A stretch of DNA of 25,185 bases, taken from contig NC_057750.1 of the NCBI RefSeq assembly GCF_004010195.1, positions 10,894,601 through 10,919,785 of the forward strand, in the 5' to 3' direction. Made by a program: the position numbers and the translations under genes. The stretch's first letter is position 1. Each line of letters begins with the position of its first letter. Positions 11,762-20,927 of the stretch are shown here, piece after piece. The notes under the pieces were generated by a model, which did no database searches, was not told the origin of the DNA, and worked only from the letters and a program-made list of their open reading frames with translations. The stretch is from Chiloscyllium plagiosum (Eukaryota).

Positions 11762-12055
11762 AATAGTACAGTGGTAATGGCACTGGATAATAAAGGTCTG
11801 GGATCAGGGGTTCAAATCCCAACACTGCACTGGTTTAGTTTAAACTCTGTTAACAAATCTGGAATATAAAATAATTGTCTCAATCTTGATTGCTGATTCT
11901 TTCAAAAACAAAATACTCAGGGCTGGTGAAGTTTCAATTCAATTAATACAATCTGGAATTTCAACATACTGAACATTAATTTTAGAGATGACTATTATTG
12001 AATGTTGTAAAAGCCCATCCAGTTCATTCAGGTCCTTTAGGGAAGTAAATCTTTC
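11762..12055 (+). mobile_element. tRNA-derived SINE (same family as 1290), with an internal duplication-like rearrangement
   Basis: gtacagtggtaatggcactgga...ggggttcaaatccca; caaatctggaat-like segment present twice; gtcctttagggaagtaaatct. Confidence 0.65.
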
Positions 12056-12276
12056 AGTATGGTGGTAACCAGTAGAAATCAAGCGCCATTTTTCCGAGAA
12101 TTGTCAGAAAAGTTAAATACTAACTGTTAAATATCAAATTAACCTGCCTTTTAAACCTAGATTGACAGAAAGCATGAAATCAAGTTTTCAAGTCAAGAAG
12201 TTCTTAACAAGAATTCCTATTTATTTTAAATAAAGAAATTATTGTTACAGGTAAACAGGTCAACAAATAATTTTAT

Positions 12277-12575
12277 TAGATTAGATTACCTTCAGTGTGG
12301 AAACAGGCCCTTCGGCCCAACAAGTCCACCCAGACCCATTCCCCTACATTCACCCCTTCACCTAAATTCACCCCTTCACCTAACACTACCGGCAATTTAG
12401 CATGGCCAATGCACCTAACCTGCACATTTTTGGACTGTGGGAAGAAACTGGAGCACCCAGAGGAAACTCACGCAGACACGGGGAGAATGTGCAAACTCCA
12501 CACAGTCAGTCACCTGAAGGGGGAATTGAACCTGGGTCTCTGGCGCTGTGAGGCAGCTGTGCTAATCACTGTGCC
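12277..12575 (-). mobile_element. HE1-like V-SINE with an 8-bp TSD
   Basis: Same sequence family as 4369 and 18110; flanked by aattttat at 12269-12276 and 12576-12583. Confidence 0.9.
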
Positions 12576-13008
12576 AATTTTATCAGTTAAAACTCTAAAA
12601 CACTTACAAACCTCATCCCAGACAAAAAAAAGTTGTTATGGGTGGAGGGGAAAACTGAGAAGGCAGCTCAATAGTTCCTGTTCATGAGATTTACTTAGAT
12701 TTTCCTTTTGGTCTGTCAGGACTTGCTACTCCTTGACCTCTTCTTCAGGTACTTGCAGGCACAGAGCAACTGGTTCACAATTTACAAAGTTTCTGACTTC
12801 GAGTTCAAAGCATAAGCTTACAGCAACTTGTGGGGCAAGATAAACTGACTTTCTTCAGGCTTTAGGCTTTTTTTAAACTACAGGGACAAGGACATTTCCA
12901 TCCTTCCAGAGGTCTGAGGCTTCTGGCTATCTCATTCACATCCACAAGCTATTCAGCTTCCTGGAAGCCAGTCACACAATTTTTGGTGGGTAGAAGGCCT
13001 TTGTCATC

Positions 13009-13286
13009 GATTTTAAAAATGTTGGTTTCAGTTCTTTCATGTTCATTCTAAAAGGTGAGAGATTTAACAAACAATCCATGTCTTTTTCAATGTATAATTT
13101 TAGTTTCATCACACTGTAAACTTTTGCTATAAATTCTGTGTCTTACGATCTTATACTCCACAACCACCTGAAGGAGCATAGCTCCGACAGCTAGTGCTGC
13201 CAAATAAACCTGTTGGACTATAAACTGATGTTGTGTGATTTTTAACCTTGTACACCCCAGTCCGACAACGGCATCTCCAAATCATG
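13009..13286 (+). mobile_element. Penelope-type terminal repeat fragment (second family) with a 9-bp TSD
   Basis: cacctgaaggagcatagctccgacagctagtg...aaataaacctgttggactataa...acaccccagtccgacaacggcatctccaaatcat; flanked by tttgtcatc at 13000-13008 and 13287-13295. Confidence 0.75.
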
Positions 13287-13644
13287 TTTGTCATCTGATC
13301 ACCACTGCACAAACCAATCAGCTACTTGCTGCCAGATGAACCTCATCCTATACACAACCAGTCGCCAGTTGATCTGCAACCTGATTCCCTCACTATTTGA
13401 GCAAACAACCGTGTAAATAGCACATTCGGTATGTGCTTGTAGCTTGCTTTGAAAAGTACAGGAATTCTTTCCATAATTCTTGTTTTTTTTTTGTTTGCCT
13501 TGCCTTGCCAGTGATGCCCAATTCTCACGCTTTTTTTTTATTTTAAAAAATGTGGGTCAGTAACCAAAGAACACTGTTCTTCAATCGCTGGCATAGAAGT
13601 TAAACAATAGAAAGAGGCTCTACTGTTTTAAAAAATAATGAGCT

Positions 13645-13815
13645 GCTGTCATCTGGAACTCAGCCTGGAAGGGTGGAGGTAAGTTCAACAATATGCAAAG
13701 AGAATCGGACGTCAGCCCTAAAAGGAAATGTATGCCAAGCTATGAGGTAAGAGCAAGCAAAGTGGGACCAACTAACCAGCATTAACAAGATGGGTTGTAA
13801 GGCCTCCTTTTCTAC
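13645..13815 (+). mobile_element. CR1-like 3' tail fragment
   Basis: tctggaactcagcctggaagggtggagg...gatgggttgtaaggcctccttttct. Confidence 0.55.
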
Positions 13816-14299
13816 AGCAACATTCCACAAGATACCCATCAATTTTGATTAATTTCCCCGCAGTTTTCCTTTTCAAACCACAGGCATTCCTTTTTTACCC
13901 AAGTAATTGTATCACCTCGATATAGTTACAAGAACAGACAAAGACCTAAACTTCAAAGCTCCAGACTCAGTGAAAGCCTCTCTTGTTATATGTTTCCTTT
14001 AATTAATATCCTTTCTGTGCTTTTGGAATTTGTAACCAAAAAAAGTGCCGATAATTACAAACTTTCTCTCAGGCAATCTGAACAAAGCACAAAAGCCCAT
14101 TAACCTCCATTTAGTTATAGAAGGTGACAAGTTTAATTGGGTTTACAGTCCTGGCTCCTTTTCCTGCTGGCACCACTGAACCTGCAAAGGTTAAGAGACA
14201 AATCTTGAAGCAACATGATGAAGTCATTGCTGTTTCATAGTTAAAATTTGTCAATTAGTTATAATTTTTTTTAAAAGCACCAGTGTTCAGTCACTGAAC

Positions 14300-14452
14300 A
14301 TTGTTATGGTTGAGTAGATGTATCTTTTGACACTGAGGGAATCAAAGGGTATTAGGCTAAAACAAGAAACTGGAGCTGATGTGGTAGGTCAGCCATGAAC
14401 TTAAGGAATAAAGTAAGATTCGAGGGGAAACATTGCTTACTCCTGCTCCTAT
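14300..14452 (+). mobile_element. CR1-like 3' tail fragment
   Basis: gagggaatcaaagggtat...tcagccatga...cgagggg...cttactcctgctcctat. Confidence 0.6.
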
Positions 14453-15194
14453 TCAGGTTATTAATTTTCAGTGCAGAAATTCTGGCTCTTTTTACAACTA
14501 GACAGAAACAGAGAGGACCCAGAAGTGTGTGTGTGAGCAAAAGCGAGAGAGAGAAACACAACTTAACCAGCTCTTCAGCCACTGATTTCATACACGGTAA
14601 AACTTTACGTTGGCTGCAAGATAATCCCTGTCCTGATACCAAGTACCACTCATCCTTGACACGGTGCTAACACACACATTAACGTTGGAAGATTGAAAGT
14701 TCAAATCCCATTCCAGGAACAAAAGCACAGATAGTCTAGACTACAATAATCTAGGATGTCTGTAAAATAGACAGCAGGTATAGAACAAGGTCAACAAGTA
14801 GGATAATGCCAGGTAAAGAACCCCAGGTTACTCCCCCAGTACATTATTAATGAAACAGGGATTTTATTTTTGGGTTTTTGGGATGTGAGCATCACTGGCA
14901 AGGTCAGCATCATTCCTGACTGCCCTTGGACTAAGCAGCTTGCTAAGCCTCTTATTTCTCATCTACATCATGCACCAATAACATCCAGCTCTAATCACCA
15001 GCACTTCTCTCAACTCCTCTATTACTGTTCAGTTCTCAGACTCTTTTTCTGACATCCTGTAAGGTAGCAGAAACTGGTTAAGCATTAGGAAAATTGAAGC
15101 CTGCTTCAAATTCTGATTCCCAGCTACTGGCAACAAAGACTAAATGAGATTGTTTGGCATTTGGTGTCTTACTTTACTGCAAGGTGAGTTTCTG

Positions 15195-15302
15195 GCCTCA
15201 CCCCTGTGCTCCTTTACCTAATTTGGCTCCTAGTCAAACAATGTATTGAATTTAAAATTCTCAATTTTTTTTTCAAGTTCCTCCATGGCCTTGCCCCCCT
15301 CA
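15195..15302 (+). mobile_element. L2-like ORF2 C-terminal fragment
   Basis: Translates as TPVLLYLIWLLVKQCIEFKILN...FKFLHGLAP, resembling the L2 'TPVL..LHWLPV..RI.FKIL..FK.LHGLAP' motif. Confidence 0.6.
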
Positions 15303-15409
15303 ATCGCTTTATCTTTAGAGGTGGTGATGGCATAGGAGCAATGTCACTGGACTAGTAACCCAGAGGAAGAAGTGTATAGCTTAATAAGACTAGAGCGCAT
15401 TGTAGTTAC

Positions 15410-15535
15410 CTTGGAGACCTTTGGTCGCATAATGTACATCAATAGGATGTGACCAGTAGGCCATGTCCTGGATTACAGGGTTGTCCACTTGTGTTTGTCC
15501 TTCTCTTAAGCCAGAAAGTAGCTTCCAAGCACAGC
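15410..15535 (-). CDS. B9D2: B9D2 second coding exon (126 nt)
   Basis: Not in the ORF track; translated by hand as (G)[41 protein letters not shown](G). Polypyrimidine acceptor ctcctttcttcccccatcccatggttacag|; donor CAAG|gtaact; phase 1-1. Confidence 0.96.
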
Positions 15536-15636
15536 CTGTAACCATGGGATGGGGGAAGAAAGGAGACAATAAATCCAGTAATCTGCTTTACAAAAGAAAA
15601 AGGTGTTGGTTAATGAGAGAATTGGAATTACTTAAC

Positions 15637-16140
15637 TTTTTTTTTGATCATTCATGGGATGTGGGTGCCACTGGCAAGGTTAACGTTTATTGCCCAACCC
15701 TAACTGCCCTTAAACTGAGTGGGTTGCCAAGCCACTTCGGAGGGCAGTTAAGAGTCAACCACATTGCTGTGGAGTCATGTGTAGGTCAGCCAAAGATGCA
15801 AATTTCCTTCCCTGAGACACTAGTGAACGAAACACAGAGTGCTGGAGAAACTCAGCAGGTCTGGCCACATCTGTAGAGGCAGAAGTGGAGTTAATATTTT
15901 GAGACTGGGATGACTCTTCTTTAGAACTAGTCCGAACCAATTGAGTTTTTACAACAATCCATGATGGATAATTGTCATGGCTACAATTACAGTAATCAGC
16001 ATTATACTGATGATTTTTATATTCCAGATTCATTAAATGATTCAAGCTTCACAAACTGTCATGATAGAATTTCAAACAGAGTCCCCAAAGCGGTAGCCTG
16101 GGTCTATGGCATCTTAGCCCAGTGGCATTACCATACTGTG
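15637..16140 (-). mobile_element. tRNA-derived SINE (1290 family) interrupted at ~15829-15925 by a Penelope-derived short element
   Basis: Reverse tail ttcatgggatgtgggtgccactggc; body agggcagttaagagtcaaccacattgctgtgg; head cccagtggcattaccatactg. Insert cagagtgctggagaaactcagcaggtctggc. Confidence 0.75.
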
Positions 16141-16292
16141 CAGATCTCTCCCTGCTGAACAAGAAAAGAACTTTAATTATCGTGGTAACCGACAATAACA
16201 GAATTGTAGACTAATCCTTCTAAATGATCTTGATGAGTTCGTCTAGAAAGCACCTGACTTGACACAATGAGAAACTGAGACAGTTCCGCTCA

Positions 16293-16425
16293 ATTCCTAA
16301 TGAAGCACTTATGCCCGAAACATCGACTGTCCTGCTCCTCGGATGCCGCCTGACCTGCTATACTGTTCCAGCACCACCCTTTTTCGACTCTGATTCTCCA
16401 GCATCTGCAGTCTTCACTTTCTCCT
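16293..16425 (+). mobile_element. Penelope-derived short element with a core-mutated hammerhead motif
   Basis: attcCTAATGAagcacttatgcccGAAAcatcgact...ggatgccgcctgacctgct...ctccagcatctgcagtcttcactttctcct. Confidence 0.75.
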
Positions 16426-16636
16426 TATTGAAAAATTAAACAGGCTAGAGCTAATAAATCGCAAAACATAAAGCTAGCGTCAATAACAATCTCCATGACT
16501 ACTATAACGCATGGTCATGTAAGTCCATTGGTTCACACTAATGTCCTTTACTGAACAAAATCATATTAAACCCACGGCTCCAACAGGAATCAAGCACAGC
16601 AGATCCCCAGCACCCCTGCTATGCCACCAAGACATG

Positions 16637-16732
16637 CAGCTGAAAATGTGTTGCTGGAACAGCGCAGCAGGTCAGGCGGCATCCAGGGAACAGGAGAATC
16701 GACGTTTCGGGCATAAGCCCTTCTTCAGGAAT
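16637..16732 (-). mobile_element. Penelope-derived short element carrying an intact minimal hammerhead motif
   Basis: Minus strand attcctgaagaagggcttatgcccgaaacgtcgattctcctgttccctggatgccgcctgacctgctgcgctgttccagcaacacattttcagct. Confidence 0.8.
16697..16732 (-). ncRNA. Minimal type-I hammerhead ribozyme motif (Penelope type)
   Basis: AUUC-CUGAAGA-A-GGGC(UUAU)GCCC-GAAA-CGUC-GAUU: CUGANGA and GAAA boxes, perfect 4-bp helix II, GUC cleavage triplet, palindromic ACGU in place of helix III. Confidence 0.6.
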
Positions 16733-16744
16733 CCTGCAGGGAGG

Positions 16745-16983
16745 ATGTCTTGCTGTAAGTTGTACAGGGCATGGTGAGGCCACGCCTTGGGTTTTCGGTG
16801 CAGTTTTGGTCTCCTAGTCTGAGGAAGGACATTCTGGTTATTGAGGGAGTCCAGCGAAGGTTCACCAGCCTGATTCCTGGGATGGCAGGGCTGACACCTG
16901 AGGAAAGACTGGATCAACTGGGCTTGTACTCACTGGGATTTAGAAGAATGAGATGGGATCTCACAGAAACATATAAAATCCTC
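16745..16983 (+). mobile_element. CR1 LINE ORF2 C-terminal fragment
   Basis: KLYR.MVRPRLGFSVQFWSPSLRKDILVIEGVQRRFTSLIPGMAGLTPEERLDQLGLYSLGFRRMRWDLTETYKIL. Confidence 0.9.
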
Positions 16984-17009
16984 ACTTTCTCCACCACGAC
17001 ATGCAGTTT

Positions 17010-17350
17010 GGCAGGGAGATGCTAGCAATAGCAATGCCGAACCCGTAATCTAGAGCATCCCCATCTAGGACATGGTTTCAAATCCCATCACAGCAGCCGA
17101 TGGAGTTTAAATTCCATTAATAAATTTGGAATGTAAAACTAATCATTAGTGATGGTGACTATGAAACGATCATCTATTAATAATCCATCTGGCCTACTTC
17201 TGTTTCCAGGCCAACAGCAATGTCATTAACTCTTAACTGCCCTCTAAAATGGCTCTAGCAAGTCACTCAGTCAAGGGCAATTAGGGATGGGATACAAACT
17301 GCTGGCCTTGACAATGACACCCCCATCTCATGAAAGGACAAGGTAAAAAA
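17010..17350 (+). mobile_element. tRNA-derived SINE (1290 family), near full length
   Basis: gtaatctagag...ggtttcaaatcccatcacagcagccgatggagtttaaattcc...ctcttaactgccctctaaaatggc...gggcaattagggatggg...ccccatctcatgaaagg. Confidence 0.75.
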
Positions 17351-17408
17351 TTAAATGCAGTACACTGCGTTCTCCAACATCCTCCACACACCTAAGCAAG
17401 GGTCTTAC

Positions 17409-17496
17409 CTGTCTGCAGTCCCCATTTACAAAACAGGCTTTTGTGCGGGAAACCACTTGCTCCAACAATCTGTCCGATAATATGCAGCTCAGCCAT
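17409..17496 (-). CDS. B9D2: B9 domain-containing protein 2, first coding exon (88 nt coding; exon starts at 17500 with 4 nt of 5'UTR)
   Basis: Encodes [30 protein letters not shown], matching the B9D2 N-terminus. Acceptor ttctttgcag|GGAG-ATG; donor ACAG|gtaaga, phase 1. Confidence 0.96.
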
Positions 17497-18109
17497 CTCC
17501 CTGCAAAGAAAGGATATCAAGCTATGAACAGGTTGCAAACTCAGCCAAGTGTAGCGCTGCAGAGAGCAATCAAACTCTTTGATATCACACATTACTTCCA
17601 TTTTTCTGGCAACACAAACTATAAACAGATTTCGGGTAAAGCACCCAATGAACCAGAGAGTCATACCCTCAGATGAAACTATCAAAACATATTTTTAAAC
17701 TTGCAAACTCTAAGAGATATTGGCGAAGGTTAACTCAAATAGACATTACTTGTCCTTTCATTCCTACTCAAAGGTTTTCAGGATAGGCAGGGTTTTGGAA
17801 CTCTCAGTTCCTTATAAACGTCAAATATGCTATATAAAATATTTTGAATCTAATAGTTTCAAGGCAGGAAGCCATTTGTATGAGTGCCATCTCTTTCCAA
17901 CACAATTTAGCTAATCCCATTTCCACACAGGTGTGCAAAACTTTTCAAATATTTATTCAATTCCAAAGCCCTGCGTGAATTTGCCTCCACCAAACTCTCA
18001 GGTAGTGCACTCCAGAGACTCTCTGTGTAAAAGAAAAGATTTTCTTCATGCTTCTTTTGATTCTTTGAAATGTTGTGAGTAGAGGCAATGTCACAAACTG
18101 ATGTGTGGT

Positions 18110-18436
18110 TTAGATTAGATTAGATTAGATTAGATTACTTACAGTGTGGAAACAGGCCCTTCGGCCCAACAAGTCCACACCGCCCCGCCGAAGCGCAACC
18201 CACCCATACCCCTACATTTACCCCTTACCTAACACTACGGGCAATTTAGCATGGCCAATTCACCTGACCTGCACATCTTTGGACAGTGGGAGGAAACCGG
18301 AGCACCCGGAGGAAACCCACGCAGACACGGGGAGAACGTGCAAACTCCACACAGTCAGTCGCCTGAGGGGGTAATTGAACCCGGGTCTCTGACGCTGCGA
18401 GGCAGCAGTGCTGCCCACTGTGCCACCGTGCCACCC
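18110..18436 (-). mobile_element. HE1-like V-SINE, young full-length copy with (TAATC)n tail
   Basis: Intact head gggtggcacggtggcacagtgggcagcactgctgcctcgc, CpGs retained, about five TTAGA tail units. Confidence 0.92.
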
Positions 18437-18675
18437 ATACTTGTGCATCTGCATAAATAAGGTCAATAGAAATATCTGGACGGTCTGTTTCCTTGCTGTA
18501 CATTTCTGACTCAGACTCTAACAAAATAGGAGAAGTAGGCCATTTGGCGTTTCATATTGCTCCCTCGTTCAATACGATCACGCCTATCATCCATCTTTGC
18601 AGCCTGTTCCTGCTTTCTTCCCATTACGCTTTAATCTCGTTACCCAATAATTATATCTAATAATCAATGCAATCA

Positions 18676-18772
18676 GTTCTGTGGAAGGGTCACTTATCAT
18701 GAAACGTCAACACTGATTTCTCTCCACAGATACTATCAGCCCTGCCGTGTTTGTCCAGCAATTTCTATTTTA
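18676..18772 (+). mobile_element. Penelope-derived short element with a degenerate hammerhead motif
   Basis: ttctgtggaagggtcacttatcatgaaacgtcaacactgatttctctccacagatac...tccagcaatttct. Confidence 0.6.
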
Positions 18773-18858
18773 ATAAATCAATGCAATTCACTGTTTCAGT
18801 GCTGTCCCTGTCCTGGGAGTATTTCATTGAAACTGAAACCTCAACACTGTGCCAAAGA

Positions 18859-18970
18859 ATAGAGTCATAGAGATGTACAGCATGAAAACAGACCCTTCAG
18901 CCCAACCTGTCCATACCGACCAGATATCCCAAGCCAATCTAGTCCCACCAGCCAACCCATATCCCTCCAA
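18859..18970 (-). mobile_element. CR1/HER1-type LINE 3' tail
   Basis: atagagtcatagagatgtacagcatgaaaacagacccttc, nearly identical to 24709-24800. Confidence 0.8.
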
Positions 18971-19201
18971 AGTAAAGGTTGATGAACTCCGTATTTAGTC
19001 CCCGTGCTGTTATCCTGGGAGTGTCTGATGGGGATAGTGAGGGATGAAAACAAATGGAGAAACTCAGTAGGTCAACCAGCATCTGTCGACAGAAAAGTAG
19101 AATTAAGGTATCAAATCCAGCGATGTTTAAAGTTTCTTTATTTTAGTTATTCTGGTTGTTTTAAACAATCGCTCCCAGGTTTAGGCCCAGCATCATCCAT
19201 G

Positions 19202-19309
19202 ATTGACATGTTAACCCACCAATCGGAATGTATCCACCGGATGAATCATCCAATCAACATCAAGGGACAAAGATCAGCTGCTTTTCGCACGATATCCGTC
19301 AAATGTCCC
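19202..19309. promoter_or_regulatory. Possible promoter-proximal segment: two CCAAT boxes and a degenerate X-box-like motif, with several CpGs, next to the gap
   Basis: CCAAT at 19219-19223 and 19250-19254 (31 bp apart); attgacatgttaac at 19202-19215; several CpGs in an otherwise CpG-poor region upstream of the B9D2 ATG exon. Confidence 0.3.
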
Positions 19310-19809
19310 NNNNNNNNNNNNNNNNNNNNNNNNNNNNNNNNNNNNNNNNNNNNNNNNNNNNNNNNNNNNNNNNNNNNNNNNNNNNNNNNNNNNNNNNNNN
19401 NNNNNNNNNNNNNNNNNNNNNNNNNNNNNNNNNNNNNNNNNNNNNNNNNNNNNNNNNNNNNNNNNNNNNNNNNNNNNNNNNNNNNNNNNNNNNNNNNNNN
19501 NNNNNNNNNNNNNNNNNNNNNNNNNNNNNNNNNNNNNNNNNNNNNNNNNNNNNNNNNNNNNNNNNNNNNNNNNNNNNNNNNNNNNNNNNNNNNNNNNNNN
19601 NNNNNNNNNNNNNNNNNNNNNNNNNNNNNNNNNNNNNNNNNNNNNNNNNNNNNNNNNNNNNNNNNNNNNNNNNNNNNNNNNNNNNNNNNNNNNNNNNNNN
19701 NNNNNNNNNNNNNNNNNNNNNNNNNNNNNNNNNNNNNNNNNNNNNNNNNNNNNNNNNNNNNNNNNNNNNNNNNNNNNNNNNNNNNNNNNNNNNNNNNNNN
19801 NNNNNNNNN
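19310..19809. other. Assembly gap (500 N)
   Basis: Run of N; the round number suggests a placeholder length. Confidence 0.99.
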
Positions 19810-20915
19810 TTAACAATGGCTCTAAACCTTACCAAAGACCAACGTCGGGCTAACCAGCCTATAATTTCCTGTCCTCTGCCTCCCTCCCTTCTTAAATAGG
19901 GATGTTACATCAGCCATTTTCCAGTCCTCTGGGACCCTTCCTGACTCCAATGATTCCTGAAAGATCATCAACAACGCCTCCACAATCTCATCAGCTAACT
20001 CCTCCAGAATTCTGGGGTGTAGTCCATCTAATCCAGGTTATCCACTATCAGACTTTCAGCATCTCTGTCATCTTTTCCTTTGTGATGGCCAGTCTACTCA
20101 CCTCTGCCCCTGACTCTCTTGAAGTTCTGGTGAGTGTTTGGTGTCTTCCACTGTGTAGACTGATGTAAAGTACCTATTCAGTTCCTCTGCCATTTCTTTG
20201 TTCCCCATTACTACTTAACCAGCCTCATTTTCCAGTGGTCCAATGTCCACTCTTGCCTCTCTCTCACTTTTAAAATATCGAAATAAACTCTTGCAGTCTT
20301 CTTTTATATTACTACAGGCTAATCTTCATATTTCATCTTCTGCACCCTTATTGCTTTTTTAGTTATCCTCTGCTGGTTTTAATGACTTCCCAATACTCTG
20401 GCCTTGCACCATCTTCACCACACTGTATGCTTGTTCTTTTGATTTGTGTGTCCCTGACTTCCCTTGTAAGCCACGGTTGCCTTGTTCTTCCCTTTGGTTT
20501 TTAATGACTTCCCAATACTCTGGCCTTGCACCATCTTCACCATACTGTATGCTTGTTCTTTTGATTTGTGTGTCCCTGACTTCCCTTGTAAGCCACGGTT
20601 GCCTTGTTCTTCCCTTGGCATATTTCTTCTTCCTTGAGATGAATTTCTGCCGTGTCTCACTAATTATCCCAGAAACGCCTGCTATTGCTGCTCCACAGCC
20701 TTCCCTGCTGTGCTCCGCTTCCAATCAACTCTGGCCAGCTCTTCTGTCATGTCTTTGTTGTTACCTTTACTCATTGGTTATATCTGATTTCAGCTTCTCC
20801 CTCTCAATTTGCAGAGTGAATTCTATTATATTATGATCACTGTCCTCTAGGGGTTTCTTCACCTATGCTCCCTAATTAAGCTTGCCGCATTACACAAATC
20901 CAGAATTGCATGTTT
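19810..20915 (-). mobile_element. CR1 LINE ORF2 internal fragment (linker and start of RT), decayed
   Basis: Minus-strand remnants such as KGRTRQPWLTREVR, QESGRVPEDWKMADVTSLFKKGGRQRTGNYRLVSPT and KV*SHC, typical of the CR1 pre-RT region. Confidence 0.85.
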
Positions 20916-20927
20916 CTTCATGGGCTA

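Noticed and set aside
17497..17685. N-terminal extension of B9D2 suggested by the 17392-17685 ORF
   Set aside because: A canonical acceptor lies 4 nt upstream of the conserved MAELH start; the upstream part is intron.
4526..18524. Recurrent 'CGRKPEHLEETHADTGRMCKLHT' ORFs as a gene family
   Set aside because: Antisense translations of the HE1-like V-SINE core.
19004..19899. Long ORFs (178-269 aa) in the ORF track
   Set aside because: Artefacts of translating through the 500-N gap.
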